Source of the DNA: Ginglymostoma cirratum
Taxonomy: Eukaryota
DNA: 64,000 bases
Assembly (NCBI GenBank): GCA_024137785.1
Contig: JAHRHZ010000218.1
Span: 10,005,624-10,069,623, forward strand
Direction of reading: 5' to 3'
Part shown: piece by piece, positions 1 through 13,623 of the stretch
How the letters are laid out: each line of letters starts with the position of its first letter
Numbering within the stretch: the first letter of the stretch is position 1
The notes under the pieces: model-generated
Seen by the model: only the letters and a program-made list of their open reading frames with translations
What the model was told of the DNA's origin: nothing
Database searches by the model: none
Position numbers and translations under genes: made by a program

Positions 1-86
1 AATGATGCTGCTTGGCCTGCTGTGTTCATCCAGCTCCACACCTTGTTATCTCGGATTCTCCAGCACCTGCAGTACCTATTATCTCT
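1..86 (+). mobile_element. 3' end of short Penelope-type repeat, family A (cut by the window edge)
   Basis: gatgctgcttggcctgctgtgttcatccagctcc...ccagcacctgcagtacctattatctct, near-identical to the copies at 23130-23211, 35268-35350, 42508-42588 and 61273-61347. Confidence 0.8.
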
Positions 87-1639
87 GCAGAAAATGTGTA
101 TTGACTGATGGCTGTTTGTATGTAGAAATGTGTTTGAAAAAAAAACTTCTGTGACTAACTTTTGCTTATTGTCTTATGCCAATTTAAATACTGTGGTGTC
201 TAGGAAGTTAATGCTTCATTAGTGTGTTGTGGCTTTACGTTTAATGGAGGTTTGACAAATTATTGAGAATATTCATGAATTGTTCTAATTCTGTTTCTGT
301 GTGAGTCAGAATATCCCTAAATCAACACAACTACAGAAGGTGTTGTTACTATGTGACTGTATCACCTACTAAATGATTTAGTGAGAATCATAAAAAAGCC
401 CCTGAAAACCAAAATGTAGTGATGAATATCAAAACGTAGTCCCTGAGAAAATCTCAAGGGTCCTCAACGAGAAAAAGAAATTTTGTGTACTGATACCGGA
501 TACATATTTAAGTTCTGAGGTGTCCTATTTCTCAAATCTCTGAATTGGATGCTGGAGGCTTTTAGTTTGACACCCTCTCCTTCCTGACTCTTTAGCTTGT
601 AGAGAGACATCCAAGTGCTTCAGAATATGCAGGTAGAACTGGCTGCCATTTAATATGGGAGTCAGCTCCTGTAATAAATCCACCTTGATGCAGGATCCCT
701 GCACCGAATTGCATACCTATCGTATAAAGAGACATGCATGTTACACCCATTAATTTAATGGTTGTCGCATAACCAAGGTCAGCTGGCTGTATCAATCCCT
801 CAGATATTATTCTTTATGCTGAGAAGACTTCCAAGGTCACAGTGCAGCAGGGGCTTGAAGAAACTGAAGCCATCATGTTGGTAATACACAGAACCTCACA
901 GCCATGGTCACACATCTTAGAATAAACGTTGCTGGTCACTACACACCCTCTCCAAATTCTAGCCAACTCCCCATTTCGGATCCGTACCATAATAACTACA
1001 TTCCACCAAATGGCAAATTGGTTGGAGAAACCTGGTTCACGCTTTCTCTAAACGTGGGTCTAAAAGACAGGCACGTTGCAGACATTTGAGCAGTTTTAGA
1101 AAATCTTTAACGTTTATGACAATTCCAGCAATATCAGAGCTTGGTTTCCAGCCTGTTACCCCAGTGAAGTGTAACAATGAGTGAGTAATTTAGTTATAAT
1201 GACAAGTTGTATTTGTAATGCTATGACTAACTGATTTAATCATAATTCACAAAAAAAAATTGGAAAATTTTCTTAGATTTTCCCAGCTCTTAAATGATGT
1301 GTGTTACAGTGAGAAATTTGGGAGAATCACATAAGACTTCCCCCACTGAGGCCTTCTTAACATTATGAGTAACAGGTCACATTTTCAAACTCTTTCTGGA
1401 GGTCAAGATGGAATTCTAACTAGTGACTGGTTACAGGCCTATTAATGGGAACTTATTGCTCATTATCCACCTCATTATTACTTAGGTTTGTAAGTGATTA
1501 CTTACTGTCTTATTTCACCACCCATCTAATGGAAACTGAACACAGACATTTCCCAACGCTGAAGTCCAAATGGGTACCCGATGACTCCAGCTCCCTACTT
1601 GCTTCTCCAAACTTCGATCTTGGACATCCAGTGTTAATG

Positions 1640-3000
1640 TCTCAGGGCACATTTTATGGATAGCAGCATATGCCTCCCACAGCAACAGACCCTGGCACAT
1701 GCCAGCCTCTCCACACCATAATGGCGTATCTCCGATTCACTTGCAAAACGCTTCTGCACTTTAATGATGCTCTTTGGGGTGCACTGGTAACTAACATTAG
1801 AATACTCATGCAAGGACACTTTGCACTCATGGATGTCCATCCAGCTCATGGATGTATTTCAATGCTGATCACTTGTTGGTAGTCACTCAATTCCTTGCCT
1901 ACCTTGATGCCCACAGCATCCCTGCCCATTTCTGCCTCGCCTTGCCTTTCAGTACTTTGCCTCTCAGCCAGAGTTAACTGGCACAAAGTTCTCTGTCTTG
2001 ACTTGTCTTTTACAGCAGATACAAAGTCAGAAAGCTTGTCATGGTTGTCTGTAGTCATCAGTTAAGGGATGAACATGTTACTGTAAGGAACCTTGCCATG
2101 TCGAACTCACACCTGCATCATGTACCGTCTGCACATATAGCAAAAAAAAAACGCACGTTTCGAGCAAATAGCCATGTCTCAAAGTGAACGGGGAGTACTC
2201 TTCAGTTAAGTCAGAAGAGATACTCTTCTGTCAAAAGGACCCAGCTCAGTATGTCAAAAGCAGCCTCCGATATCAGTCTGTGATCTTAGACCTGGCCATT
2301 TGGCCAGTCAGGTTGGTCAGGATCAGGTTCCTTTCCTTGCAGGAGGTGAGGAACCAAAGGCCAGGCACGCCAACAATCATCTTATACACTCATACACTTT
2401 TTACAGTATTTTCACAAATACCTGTAACAATAAATTACTATTGCTATTATCATCATCTTGGCACTTCCTGCTCTCCTGTTGGCTATTTTCTCCTGGAATG
2501 AGAGAAAGAGAGAAATTGAATGAGATGGGAAGGAGTAGCACAGCTATTTGTGCTAGTGCAAGAGTAGTAAAGGTTGTGAGGTGTCTTGAGTGAGTGAGAA
2601 GGCAGTGAGTTAGTTGTTTCAGGGAATTGAGTGGCTAAGAGTGAGTGAGGGAGGATGTTGCATGGATTAGTGAGAGTGTAAGAGCATTAACCTTTTTGGG
2701 ATGTTGATGCTGTAGCAGAGGTAGAATGAACGTGAGGTAACAGAGAGAATATCGTGGTACTTATCTTGACAAACAGAGAAAACTGTTGGGTGTTCCTGCA
2801 GGTGTGAGAGTGCAATGATTCAAGTGGCACCCTTGGACCAGGCTGGCGTAGTCTGATGACATGGCCTTCTCTGGCAGTCCTGTGTGGAGAACATTCCTCT
2901 TCTGTACCAACCATTCTCAAGAACTCCGTCTACAAAATGGGTCACCAATTTCCCCTTATCTGCTATGTCTGGGTCAAATATCATAAACCATGCAGGCGAA
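1640..3000 (-). mobile_element. Degraded Harbinger/PIF-like transposon remnant with a Myb/SANT-like coding fragment near 2770-2950
   Basis: The minus-strand translation FVDGVLE...MFSTQDCQRRPCHQTTPAWSKGAT...CRNTQQ aligns by eye with the clearer Myb/SANT fragment at 15215-15418. Boundaries are uncertain. Confidence 0.45.
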
Positions 3001-4769
3001 CTCCAGACATGATTGTCCTGGACTGGGTGCACAAAGACCTGCTGAAGGTGACATTGATGTGAGGGATCCCAGGATATCCCAGCAGTAACGAATACCTCCA
3101 ACAATGGCAAGTGATAGAATTGACTAGCGTTGGACAAGATGGGTGCCACGTATGGGCATGTTAGATAGTCCATGAAGTGGGTTCGGGATGCTAGCCTGAG
3201 AAAATCCACTAGACCTCACCCAGAGAAACCTTCCATGTTTTGGAATTGAAGCTGTCTTAGATTAACTCTTTTATGATCACAGTAATAATTATGTGCTCTC
3301 ATGACCTTTCCCCCCTCAGGATCAGGTGGTCTTGAAACTATTCAATTTCACCAGGCATCAGTTTGAGCCTTCAAACAATAGCTCACCAGAAAGTTTTAAA
3401 AAATTACAACTTTAATTAATCATTTTAAAGGTAACTTGTCCATCTATGTCTGATGCTTAGTGGCCGATAGGTTCTTTCTGTTTGCTGAAGCTGTCATCTT
3501 TCTACGTTTCTGGAGTGAAAGCTGTAGAATAGTTAGGCATCATGTTTTAGGACGGAGGAGCAAGAAACCAGACATCGTTCATAATCACTCCCAACACGTG
3601 AAGATACCCATTCAATATTCTGTTTACAATCTGAGAGAAAGAACAGATTTATTTCCAAACACATCTGTTATAAATATTGTTCAAAGTTAATTGGAACCAT
3701 ATACCAATGGTTCTAACTGAACTTTTAAGTAGTCCTCATAATGTAGCACATTAGAAAAAAAACTTAATCTAAACATTGTGTTTTTAAATTCTTCATACCA
3801 AAATCACTTATGCTGTGTGAAATGTACGCTTTTTAAGGGACTGCCTACATCCTGACAAGTTGACAATTCTCATGTCAACAAAATGTTAAGTCAGCAAGGT
3901 TTGCTTTTGATAATTTGAGGCATTATCTCCCAGGGAGATTGATTAGCTCTGGAATGCCAAAATTAATCCGTATAGTGAAAGTGCTGCCAGCACTTGTGTG
4001 TGGTGTGTCACTTTTATGGCACTGTATAATGCTGTTGTTTAAAATAAACCCCTCAACTCCTGAATGCTCAACTCCATCTTTTTCCAAAATATGGGAACAC
4101 AGTGACATACTTAAATAAGATGCATATGATTAGCCTTAGCTATTAGATGTTTGTGGGAACTTAATTTTTAAAAGAAATATATACCAAGAGTAAGGTCACA
4201 TTTACATAGTCATCATTGTGGTGTATTCATTCATTACCAAATATAATTTTAACGTTTTTGTTGGCCTGTTTCATTTGACCCTGTGAAGCCTGTCCCTCTG
4301 TGCATTTGCACACATTTGTTATTGTACCTGTAATTGAATCCAATGACAGCTATAATCACTCTCCAATGTTTTTGAGATTTGGTGCTATGCTGGATAAATG
4401 CAAATATGCAGTCCTATTGGAATTTCTGTTGATCCTAATTTGAGAAACATTCAAATTATAAGTTATTATGACACAATGGCTCTGCCACAGGGAATAGTCA
4501 AATATAACATAATTTCTTTAGTTCACAGATTGGAGTAATTTGACACCATCATATTAAGATCAATAATGAACCAATTAGGACACGTTGCTGGCTTAGAAAA
4601 CACAAAAGCATAAATAATATAATTATGATTTGGCGATGGATCCAACTCTTTTCATTTTTAACATTTCTTTCCATAGATAATCTGCTGGAACACGTTCTAT
4701 CAGATATATTCAAAAAGAAACCTGACCAGTCAGCCTAACATGATTTGCAGGATAACTTTAATGATATTA

Positions 4770-5045
4770 ATGTGAGACAAAATTGATTGACACTTAGAAA
4801 ATATGGAGTAATAAATGAAAAGCAGCACAGATTTGTTAAAAGCAAGTAATGATTGATCTACTTGATTGAGTTCTTTGAACTAATGAAGAGGATTGATGAA
4901 AGTGTCGTGATTTATGTTGCACATGAGGTTCAATAGTAACAGATTCAATGGGCACTTCCAAAAAAATAGATAAACAGAAAAGTTTCAGAGCCATGAGGAA
5001 AGAATATGGGATTAGGATGAACTAGATCATTCTTTCAAAGACTGG
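4770..5045 (+). mobile_element. Highly degraded CR1-type LINE fragment
   Basis: cagcacagatttgttaaaagcaagt...ttgattgagttctttga resembles the CR1 RT QHGF..GKSCLTNL.EFFE region. Confidence 0.5.
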
Positions 5046-8000
5046 TTTCCTTTAGTACTTAACTGATAATGTCTCAGTTAATCCTTCATGGGGTAGACTT
5101 TTACCTGGATATGTTTTCACAGGCCTAGTCAGAATTCTGCACAATCAAAGCCCACCTGACCTGAAAAACCTAAACCTAACTTGATCCTTGAACCCCAACA
5201 GCATTTTCAGGCTGAGCTGCTAACACCAGCCCTACCTGATAGGCAGCTCAGTTCAACAACATATTCTTTGCAGCTGAGCCAATTATGCCACACTTACTTC
5301 GAATTTGAATGTTTCTCGATTTAGGATCAACCAAAATTCCACCAAGACTTTGTTCAAATGTTCCTTTATCCAACATAGCACCAAACATCTGCTGCATCCC
5401 TCAACTATGTGTCATAATGGATGGCTGTGAAGGGGTTGGGTAATTGCAATGCCTGTGGAGTCATGGGGGCCCCCTACACCTCTGGAAAAATTTTCTTTAA
5501 TTTCAGCTGCTTTTCACTATGATCAGTGAGACTGACAGATTTCTTGTTGGGGTTGTTTAAAATATGTGAAGGCTCTAACTTACATACTTAAGGAGTCTTG
5601 AGGTATCTACTTGGAAGGCAGAAAAAAATGAGGCCTGAGTTTAGCAGTGGGACTAATGCCTGCACAGAGCGTAGGCAGGCAATGGGTAGTTAATTACTAC
5701 GTGCTGTGCCTAATTTAAATCTGAAAAACTAATGCAATGAATTTGCATTTTTCTTATCATCTTGAATATTATTCCAGGTTGAATCTTTATTCATAATTTT
5801 AAGAATTACAAATGTCTATATTGAGCACCCAAAAATGCCTTAGTATAGAAACACCTCCATTGATCAGTCACATAGACAACTATATTCTAGTGTAACTAAG
5901 TTTTCTTAGGCACGTAGCACAAAATCATAGGATTACCAACCTTTTCATTTGTCCAACATTCTGATCAGAGTAGAAAATTAAATCCCCAGTCACTGCTACT
6001 GGGAACCTGTGAGCATAATAAAACTGTAACTTTTAAAATTCACTTCACAACTATGTCTCTCTTTCTCTTGCCCACCACACCTAAACTTTATCACTTTCAA
6101 TTCATTTAAGTCTTATCATATTTAAGTGAATTTCATATTACATATCTCCAGTCAAGCTGATGTGCTTTACCTATAGGTCCTGCATCACAGAATTCTCGCA
6201 ATAAAGTGAGTGGTGAGAGAGTCCAAGACTCAGCTGGACTTGTGTCCACTGAGTATCAGGATCGCTTAGTTCATTCTGCGGTAAGGGAGCAAAAAAGAGA
6301 GAATGGTAGCCAAGTTTTCCTGGATCTGCAGTTCTCTGGAAGACCTGTCTCACAGTAACCCTTTGGTGATATCATTGACGTTAACAGACCATGCTGAGTT
6401 GAATTAGACCTCTCGTCACGTGCCTATACTTTACTTTCTACATTAGTAAAACAGTTGGGTACAAACATGCATTGGTAATGCATGTAAGTGTGTAGTGGAG
6501 ATTTTGGATCTGGATAGGATCTGTTTCAATTATGATTTTCCCGAGTATTGGATAATTTTTGCCAATAATCTGGATTCTTGCCTGAATAACAGTCAAGCAG
6601 GTTAAATAGGAAAGTTCTGCTGGTTTCAAGTTTCAGCAAAATACATCTTCAAGAAAGAGGAGAAAAAATAGACTTTGGTAACTGTAATGTAGTGGAATGA
6701 TTGCTAACAATATCATAATATTAGTCTTTTTCTGTGTTGATACTTATAGAAACCTGACAGCAATGAGATGAGTTCAGTAATAGTTTGCATCAATCTCTGT
6801 TCAGACATAAATAAACCTGAATCTAATGGCAAATAGAATGAAGTCTGATAGACAGTCACAACTTTGAGAAACCTAAGTTTAGAATGGAAGTGTAGCTTTG
6901 AACAGCAGAATGGTCATTCCTACAAATTAAGTTGCAGTAGTTTTGTTTTTGGCTTATTGCCTAAGTTATCAGGGCTCAGAGTGTTTGAGACTGTCACCAG
7001 ATGCAGTGAAGAAAAGACAGTGTCCATTCCTTTGAGTGAACATACTCTTGTAATAATGTCCAATCTAAATGGAAGACAGACTTCTTCTTTCTCCAGAGTT
7101 CTGGAAGAAAAGCAAACTAAGTGTGCACTCAGTTAGTCAACTTGATGACATTGGTGTAGATTTTCTGTTTGGCAGACGTGGTTCAGTAAATTTAATATAT
7201 TTTGAGCAGCGTTATCGCCAGATTGATTTTTCTAGTTACTGTGATCCGTGGTAACGGTTACCACAGAGTAATTAAAATCTAATTAAAGCAATAATTTCGT
7301 GGAACAAAATGTACCCAATTCCCATTTCTTAACTCAAATTTCAATATTAAGCAACCAATTCAGATTTGTCATTAATAGTACCAGAGAGTTATAGAAATTA
7401 CATATTTCAATGTGCCAATTATGCAATAAATCAACACTTACCTCTAAATAGCCACTTAACAGCCACAGAGTGCATTTCCCAGGTCATTGTTGTCTATCTC
7501 TATTTTAATATTTTTACTTTTGTAATAGTTAACAGGTGAGTAATTGTTTCATGTGCAGCTGTTCATAGGAAGGTCCAAAGTATTTTTGTGGTAACGCAGT
7601 TTTTTCTTTTCATTTCATTTACTAATATTAATGAAAATATCAGCATGGGTAGAAAATGGGAAAACTTTATACTTCCAAATTTTATCCATAGCATTAGCAA
7701 TTAAAAACTGCATTATATATAGTGTAATACATCATACACAAGCATTCTCAGTTAAAATTCTGAGAGCTTCATTGATGGCTATAGAGTTGCGTCATATCAC
7801 AAAGAATGTGCTGGGAATAGATGTAAAAGATTGGCAAAGTAACAGATTTCTTTTTAACGGAAGCAGTGTAGAGGTGAATTGTTCTGATGCTGATCCATCT
7901 GAACACAAAGAAAATATTCAGTGTTGAACAAAAATGCACATTCTGATAATTAGAAGGAAAACAATTTGCTTCTGTAGCTGTCATTACAAATATTTCAGAA

Positions 8001-8408
8001 CTGAACCAGTGCATTTTTCAATAACTGGGAAATGTTTAAAGCATGAGAAGACTGTTGAGTTTTCAGTTAATTTTGTAGATATTGTCTGTAACTCTTAACA
8101 CTTGTAAAAGTCATATCAGTTGATCTAAGTGATTTGTCCAATAATAATTTCATGCAGTTTTATTTGAGATAAATAACTATGTTTTAAGTAAAAGCTGTCC
8201 CTTTGATCAGCTTCCTCAGTCTATACTGTGTTGAAATTGCATACAACATTCAGAAATGAGTTATTATTGTTATTACTTTCTTTACAAGTGATAGAACATC
8301 TCTAGAAAATGAAATAAACTAATTACAAATATCTGACTGGTTGTGTTAACATCTCTTGCTCTCTCTTTTTCTTTCCCCCGCTTTCTACTGTTCTTATTCT
8401 CCTCACAG

Positions 8409-8589
8409 GATCTCCAGTTCTTACTGGCACAGGCACTATCATCTTGATTGTTGATGATGTCAATGACAATATTCCAGCATTCGCTTTCAAAACTTACCAT
8501 GCCACAATCGCTGAAGATGTTCCAACAGGGACTGATGTCATACTTGTAAACGCCACTGATGTTGATGAAGGTTCAAATGCAGTTATTAG
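8409..8589 (+). CDS. FAT4: FAT4 protocadherin internal coding exon (181 nt, cadherin repeat), phase 1 to phase 2
   Basis: Long polypyrimidine tract plus cacag acceptor ending 8408, donor ag|gtaatg at 8590. Translates (G)SPVLTGTGTIILIVDDVNDNIPAFAFKTYHATIAEDVPTGTDVILVNATDVDEGSNAVI, with cadherin DxNDN and AxDxD motifs. Not present in the ORF track. Confidence 0.93.
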
Positions 8590-10199
8590 GTAATGGCATT
8601 TTGTATGATGCATGTTTCCCTCACTGTTGTGGCTCAGCATGTTCAACAGTAACTCCGTAATATTCCCAAATATAACTCACTGGTCAGAACCTGGATTGCA
8701 CCACCCTGTTTTTCAAGCACTAAACTTGTGCACTTTGAGAGTTGACATACACACGACCACCTTCTCCAGGGCTCTTAGTGCTAGTTTAGCCAATAATCCA
8801 TGAATGAATTTTAAAAATAGTTTGTGCTGGAGGTGCACATACTGCATGTTATGGGCACGAAGGAAGACATGCATTTTTCAACACAGTCAAGTTCCTGAAC
8901 CACTATGTTTTAATTTCTCATCAATACCAGGACAAAGTAAAACATTTTGTCCATGATAAACCTCTTGATATAAAACATATTCTATATGGCTTCAAGTGAT
9001 GACTTCTTGTGGAGCATCTACTGTGACATCTTTACTATGGCATGGCATTCATTCATACTGTGAATGAATTCCCGAGGCTAGACAGAAATCCCGCCATAAA
9101 ACTCTAATTCCCAATTCAGGCAAACAAAAATAATGATGATGCTAAGTGGTGATGACATACTGTTCACAGCACCACTCAGCAAGGGGTTAGTATAGTTTTA
9201 CAGAAGGTAGAATTCTTTAAGCTTCTTTATGCTGCTCAGGGTAATTTCATAAATTAGTCTGTTCAGTTAAGTTCTCTTGCCTCTGTAAATAATATTCCAT
9301 GCAGGAGATTCACAAAGTAGGAAGGTGAAAGCAGGGTTCACTTACACCTTTTTTTGTACAATTTCCCATATCTCCCTTTGATACAGTGTCATGTTTTCCT
9401 TTGAAGAAATCAGTTTGGCTGGGTGAAAAAGTTTATTAAAGTAATAATTTGGAAGATTTTGAAGCTTGTGACTATGCAACATACAAGTGGAATCAAATAA
9501 GCCATATTTTCATTGATGATTAAGAATTATTTTGTGATCTCTTTTCTTCTGTTATTTATTGTATACTAACGTCTCTGTGAGGCAGGAGAAGGGTATTGTG
9601 GTAGTTGCAAAATTCTGTATCAAAATACATTGAAACTTTATTTGCATTGTGCCAATGCAAAAATGTATTTGGTCAAAACCCTGGTACTCCTCAATAGCTG
9701 TGTGGGTGTATTTGAATAGACTATAATGGCTCAAGAAGACAGTTCACCGGTACCTTGTCAAGAATATTGAGTCTTAGCCAGCAAAGGCCACATCCCATGA
9801 ATGAAAAATTGTCACCTACAACACCTGTTTTGTCTGTAGACAGCAATGACCTATTTCACAGATAAAACTGCTATTGTGACATTGGGTGGCTTTACAGTTG
9901 TGTGGCGACACTATGGTGCTATTTGGGATTGACTCCAAACAGGTCTAGCAATCAAGACTGGGTATCCAGGTTGGTCAGCAGCAAAGGAATTGAACTGAAT
10001 AGCAATCTGTAATCTCATTGCCCAACATTTCCCTCATTTATCTGTAACCACTAAACTAGGCACTCAAGAACGCAGTGGTCAGAGGCACTCCTAAAAATCA
10101 GAAGTCAGCCTGCTGAAGTTTCAATACAAGCCAAACACTGTAAGCATCGTGCAATGGACAGAGCTAAGCAATAAGGCAAACAATGGATCATATCTAAGC

Positions 10200-10575
10200 C
10201 CTGACCTTATAAAGGTTTATAATATCATGAAGTTCATAGATAAGTTGAATAGCAAGGCTCTTTTCCAAAGGGTTGGGAGAGTTCAAAACTAGATGACTTA
10301 TTTTTAAGGTGAGAGAAGAAAAATTTAAAAGTGACTTGAGGGGCATTTCTTTTTTTCACTCAAAATGTGGTTCATATGTGGAATGAACTACCAGAGGAAG
10401 TGGTAGGTACAGTTACAATATTTAAAAGACATTTGGACAGGTACATAAATAGGAAAGGTTTAGAGGGATATGGGCCAAATGCAGGCAAGTGGAATTAATT
10501 TAGTTTTGCAAGCTTGGTTGGCATGGACTAGTTGGACTGAATGTGTTGTATTACTCTGTGACTTTATGGCTCCGT
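10200..10575 (+). mobile_element. CR1-type LINE 3' fragment
   Basis: gaccttataaaggtttataatatcatg...tggaatgaactaccagaggaagtggta matches the DLIEVYKIM...WNELPEEVV C-terminus of CR1 ORF2. Similar to the reverse complement of 39610-39990. Confidence 0.75.
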
Positions 10576-10599
10576 GACTCATGTCAAATCCCATCTTGA

Positions 10600-12562
10600 A
10601 TAGTGGTGGTCGGTTAAACAATGAATAGGAGAATGCTTCATAAATACCCCCATCTTCAATGATGGAGAAACCCAGCACATCAGTGCAAAAGAAAAGGCTG
10701 AAGCATTTGCAAGCATCTTCAGCCAGAAGTCCTGGGTGAGTGATGCGTCTCAGCCTCACAAATCCCCAGCATCACAAATACCAACCGTCAGCCAATACAA
10801 TTGACTTGTATCAAGAAATATTGAAGTTCTGGATTCTGAAAAGGTTATGAGCCCTGATAAGTATTTTGGCAATGGTACTGAAGACTTCTGTTCCAGATTT
10901 AATTGTCACTTTGGTCAAGCTGTCCCAACACAACTACAGCACTAGGTTGATGAAATTAACCAGGTGTATCTTCTCCATAAAAAGTAGGACGACTGCAACC
11001 TGGCCAATCACCATCTTATCAGTCTGCTGTCAATCATCAGCCAGGTAATGGAAGGTCTCATTGACAATGTTATCAAGTGGCACTTTGTCGACATTAACCT
11101 GTTCACTGATACTCAGTTTGGGTTCCAGCAGTGCCTCTCAACACCTGACTTCAATATAGCGTTTGTCCGAACATGGGCAATGTAAATGAACTCAGGAAAC
11201 AAATGGTGGTGAGTACCCTAGATATCAAGGCAGTATTTGACCAGGGCCGCGCAGTGGCTCAGTGGTTAGCACTGCAGCCTCACAGCACCAGGGACCCGGG
11301 TTCAGTTCCACCCTCAGGCGACTGTTTGTGTGTAGATTGCACATTTTCCCCATGTCTGCGTGGGTTTGCTCCGGTTTCCTCCCGCAGTCCAAAGATGTGC
11401 AGGCTAGGTGGATTGGCCATGCTAAATAGTCCGTAGTGTTCAGGGATGTGTAAATTAGGGGGATGGGTCTGGGTGGGATGCTGCAAGGGTCGATGTGGAC
11501 TTGTTGGGCTGAAGGGCCTGTTTCCACTCTGTAGGGATTCTATGATTCAAGTATGGCATCAAGGAACCCTCGCAAAACTAAAATCAGTGGGAATCAGTAT
11601 GAAAGTTCTTTGCTGTCTGGTGTCGTACCTGGCATGAAGGAAGCTGGTTGGAAGATGGAGGTCAGTCACCTTAGCGATATCACTGTAAATGTTCCTCAAG
11701 ATAGTGTCCTCAGCTCAACAACCTTCAGTTGCTTCATGATGAAACTTCTGTCCATCATAAGGTTAGAAATGAGAAACACTTGTGCTCCTCACATACTGAA
11801 GCAGTCCATGTACTGACGTAGCCAGACCTGGCTACATTTCAGGTTTGGACAGATGAGTGGTAAGTAGCATCCACACCACACAAGTGCCCAGCAATTACCA
11901 TCTCCAACAAAAGTAAATACAGTCATCACTCCTTAACATTCAGTGTGTCACCATCACGGAATCCTTCACTGCCAACATCCTGGGCATTACCATTGACCTG
12001 AAATTGAACTGGACCAGCCAGATAAGTACTGTAACTACAAGAGCAGGTCAGAGACTGGGGATCTGTGGTTAGTAGCTCACCTCCTGACTCCTCAAAACCT
12101 GCCCACCATTTATAATACAGAAGTCTGGAGTGTGATGCAATATTCTGCACTTGCCTGGATGAGTGCAGTGTCAAAAACACACAAGAACCTTGACACCATG
12201 CAGGACAAAATAAGAGTGCTTCATTGGCACCTCATCTAAAACCTTCAATATTCACTTGCTGCACCACCAACATACAGTAGCACAACAAAAACTTACCAAG
12301 GCTCCTTAAAAAGCACCTTCCAATCCTGCAGCCTCTATCGGCAACAAGGACAGTGAATAAGTGAATACTTGGGAACACCTTAATGTGAAAGTTTCTCTCC
12401 AAGCCACACACCATCCTAGATTAGAACTGTGCCATCATTTCATCACTGTGTCTGGGTTGAAATTTTGGAACTCCCTTTTACAACACATCTTAGCGTACCG
12501 ACTAATCATCACCGTGTAAAGGCCACTTAAAGATGCAACACCCACATCCTATGAATGAAAAA
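10600..12562 (+). mobile_element. Degraded CR1/L2-superfamily LINE (RT region to 3' tail), interrupted by a SINE
   Basis: RT motifs QFGFQQ, LDIKAVFDQ|VWHQG (split by the SINE) and VPQDSVLSSTTF. Ends cccacatcctatgaatgaaaaaa. Confidence 0.8.
11244..11548 (+). mobile_element. tRNA-derived SINE (HE1/V-SINE-like)
   Basis: A box tggctcagtggtt, B box ggttcagttcc, V-domain-like core tgtctgcgtgggtttgctccggtttcctcccgcagtccaaagatgtgcagg, LINE-like tail gtagggattctatgattc. Confidence 0.88.
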
Positions 12563-13623
12563 ATTATCTGCTAATTTCCTTAGACAAGTTTTGAGTAACA
12601 CCATACTTGCATTGCAATTAGACAAAACTTTCCAGCTGCTGCCAGGCTAGTGACTTCATTGATTTGGAAGAAGCATAGAATTAATTCACCCACCATATTT
12701 TTTTGCCTCACAACGCCCCACTAACCATCAAAGAGCATAACATTTTTAACAAACCCACCTGATCCTGTATTGATCTATGTGGAAGAAATGGGTGGTGGTG
12801 AAGAACAATTCATTCTTCCCTCCCCGGCCCCACTTAAGTGAAAACCTATGCTCTTCTTCCTGAGACAGCTAGTTCTCATATGTGTCTGAGCTCATGCTAT
12901 TTCTCTTTCCTTCATCTTCCATTACCTTGCTTTGACTTGCCGTCACTACCTCATTCACATTTCTCATCCTCACTGTACCTTGTCTGTCTCCTCCCCTCTT
13001 TTCCTCTCCCATTCCTTAAATGGTTTAAAATTAAATTTCAAATGGCACAATAGGTTTAAATATTTAAATGCAATCTGGATTATAATCCATCCTAAACTAA
13101 TGGTATGAACAGTTCACACTTTCTGTAGTGTGAAGATCCTAAATTGAAATGAGTTTAAGCAATTTCAGCCAAGTTTATTATGGGCACGCTACCACAAAAC
13201 TACATTTAACTGGGCAACAAGTGGCTGAGTTTGAGACATCAGAGCCAGTCTTACATTAACATTGGGCAGTGCTGAACAATAATAGGTGATATGTTTGCAG
13301 TTTCTAATTCTAGACAGTTTTGAGCCCAAGCAATTATTCACAAAATTGGATTTCATGAGGAGATGTGGCAGGCAAATAGCATTCACAGCTGGCAGGATTG
13401 TGGCATCAGTTTCCTGCTTTTTATATAAAGCATGTACCAACAACCAATATAAGATTTCTTTCAAAGCTAATTCAATTAAAACAAAAATGACCATCTTGGC
13501 AGACATTGGCTCCAGTAAAATCTACTAAACTTCCTTGATGACAGTTTAGGTATCATGTCACACTAGAAACAGAGATCCATCATTTTTCTAAACATTATTT
13601 CAGTTTTATGAATGTGATGAATT

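Noticed and set aside
1-8408. Preceding FAT4 cadherin exon
   Set aside because: No LDRE- or DxNDN-containing spliceable frame was seen, so it is presumably upstream of the window.
11244-11320. tRNA gene
   Set aside because: The tRNA-like A and B boxes continue into a SINE core and tail, with several diverged copies in the window. It is a SINE head.
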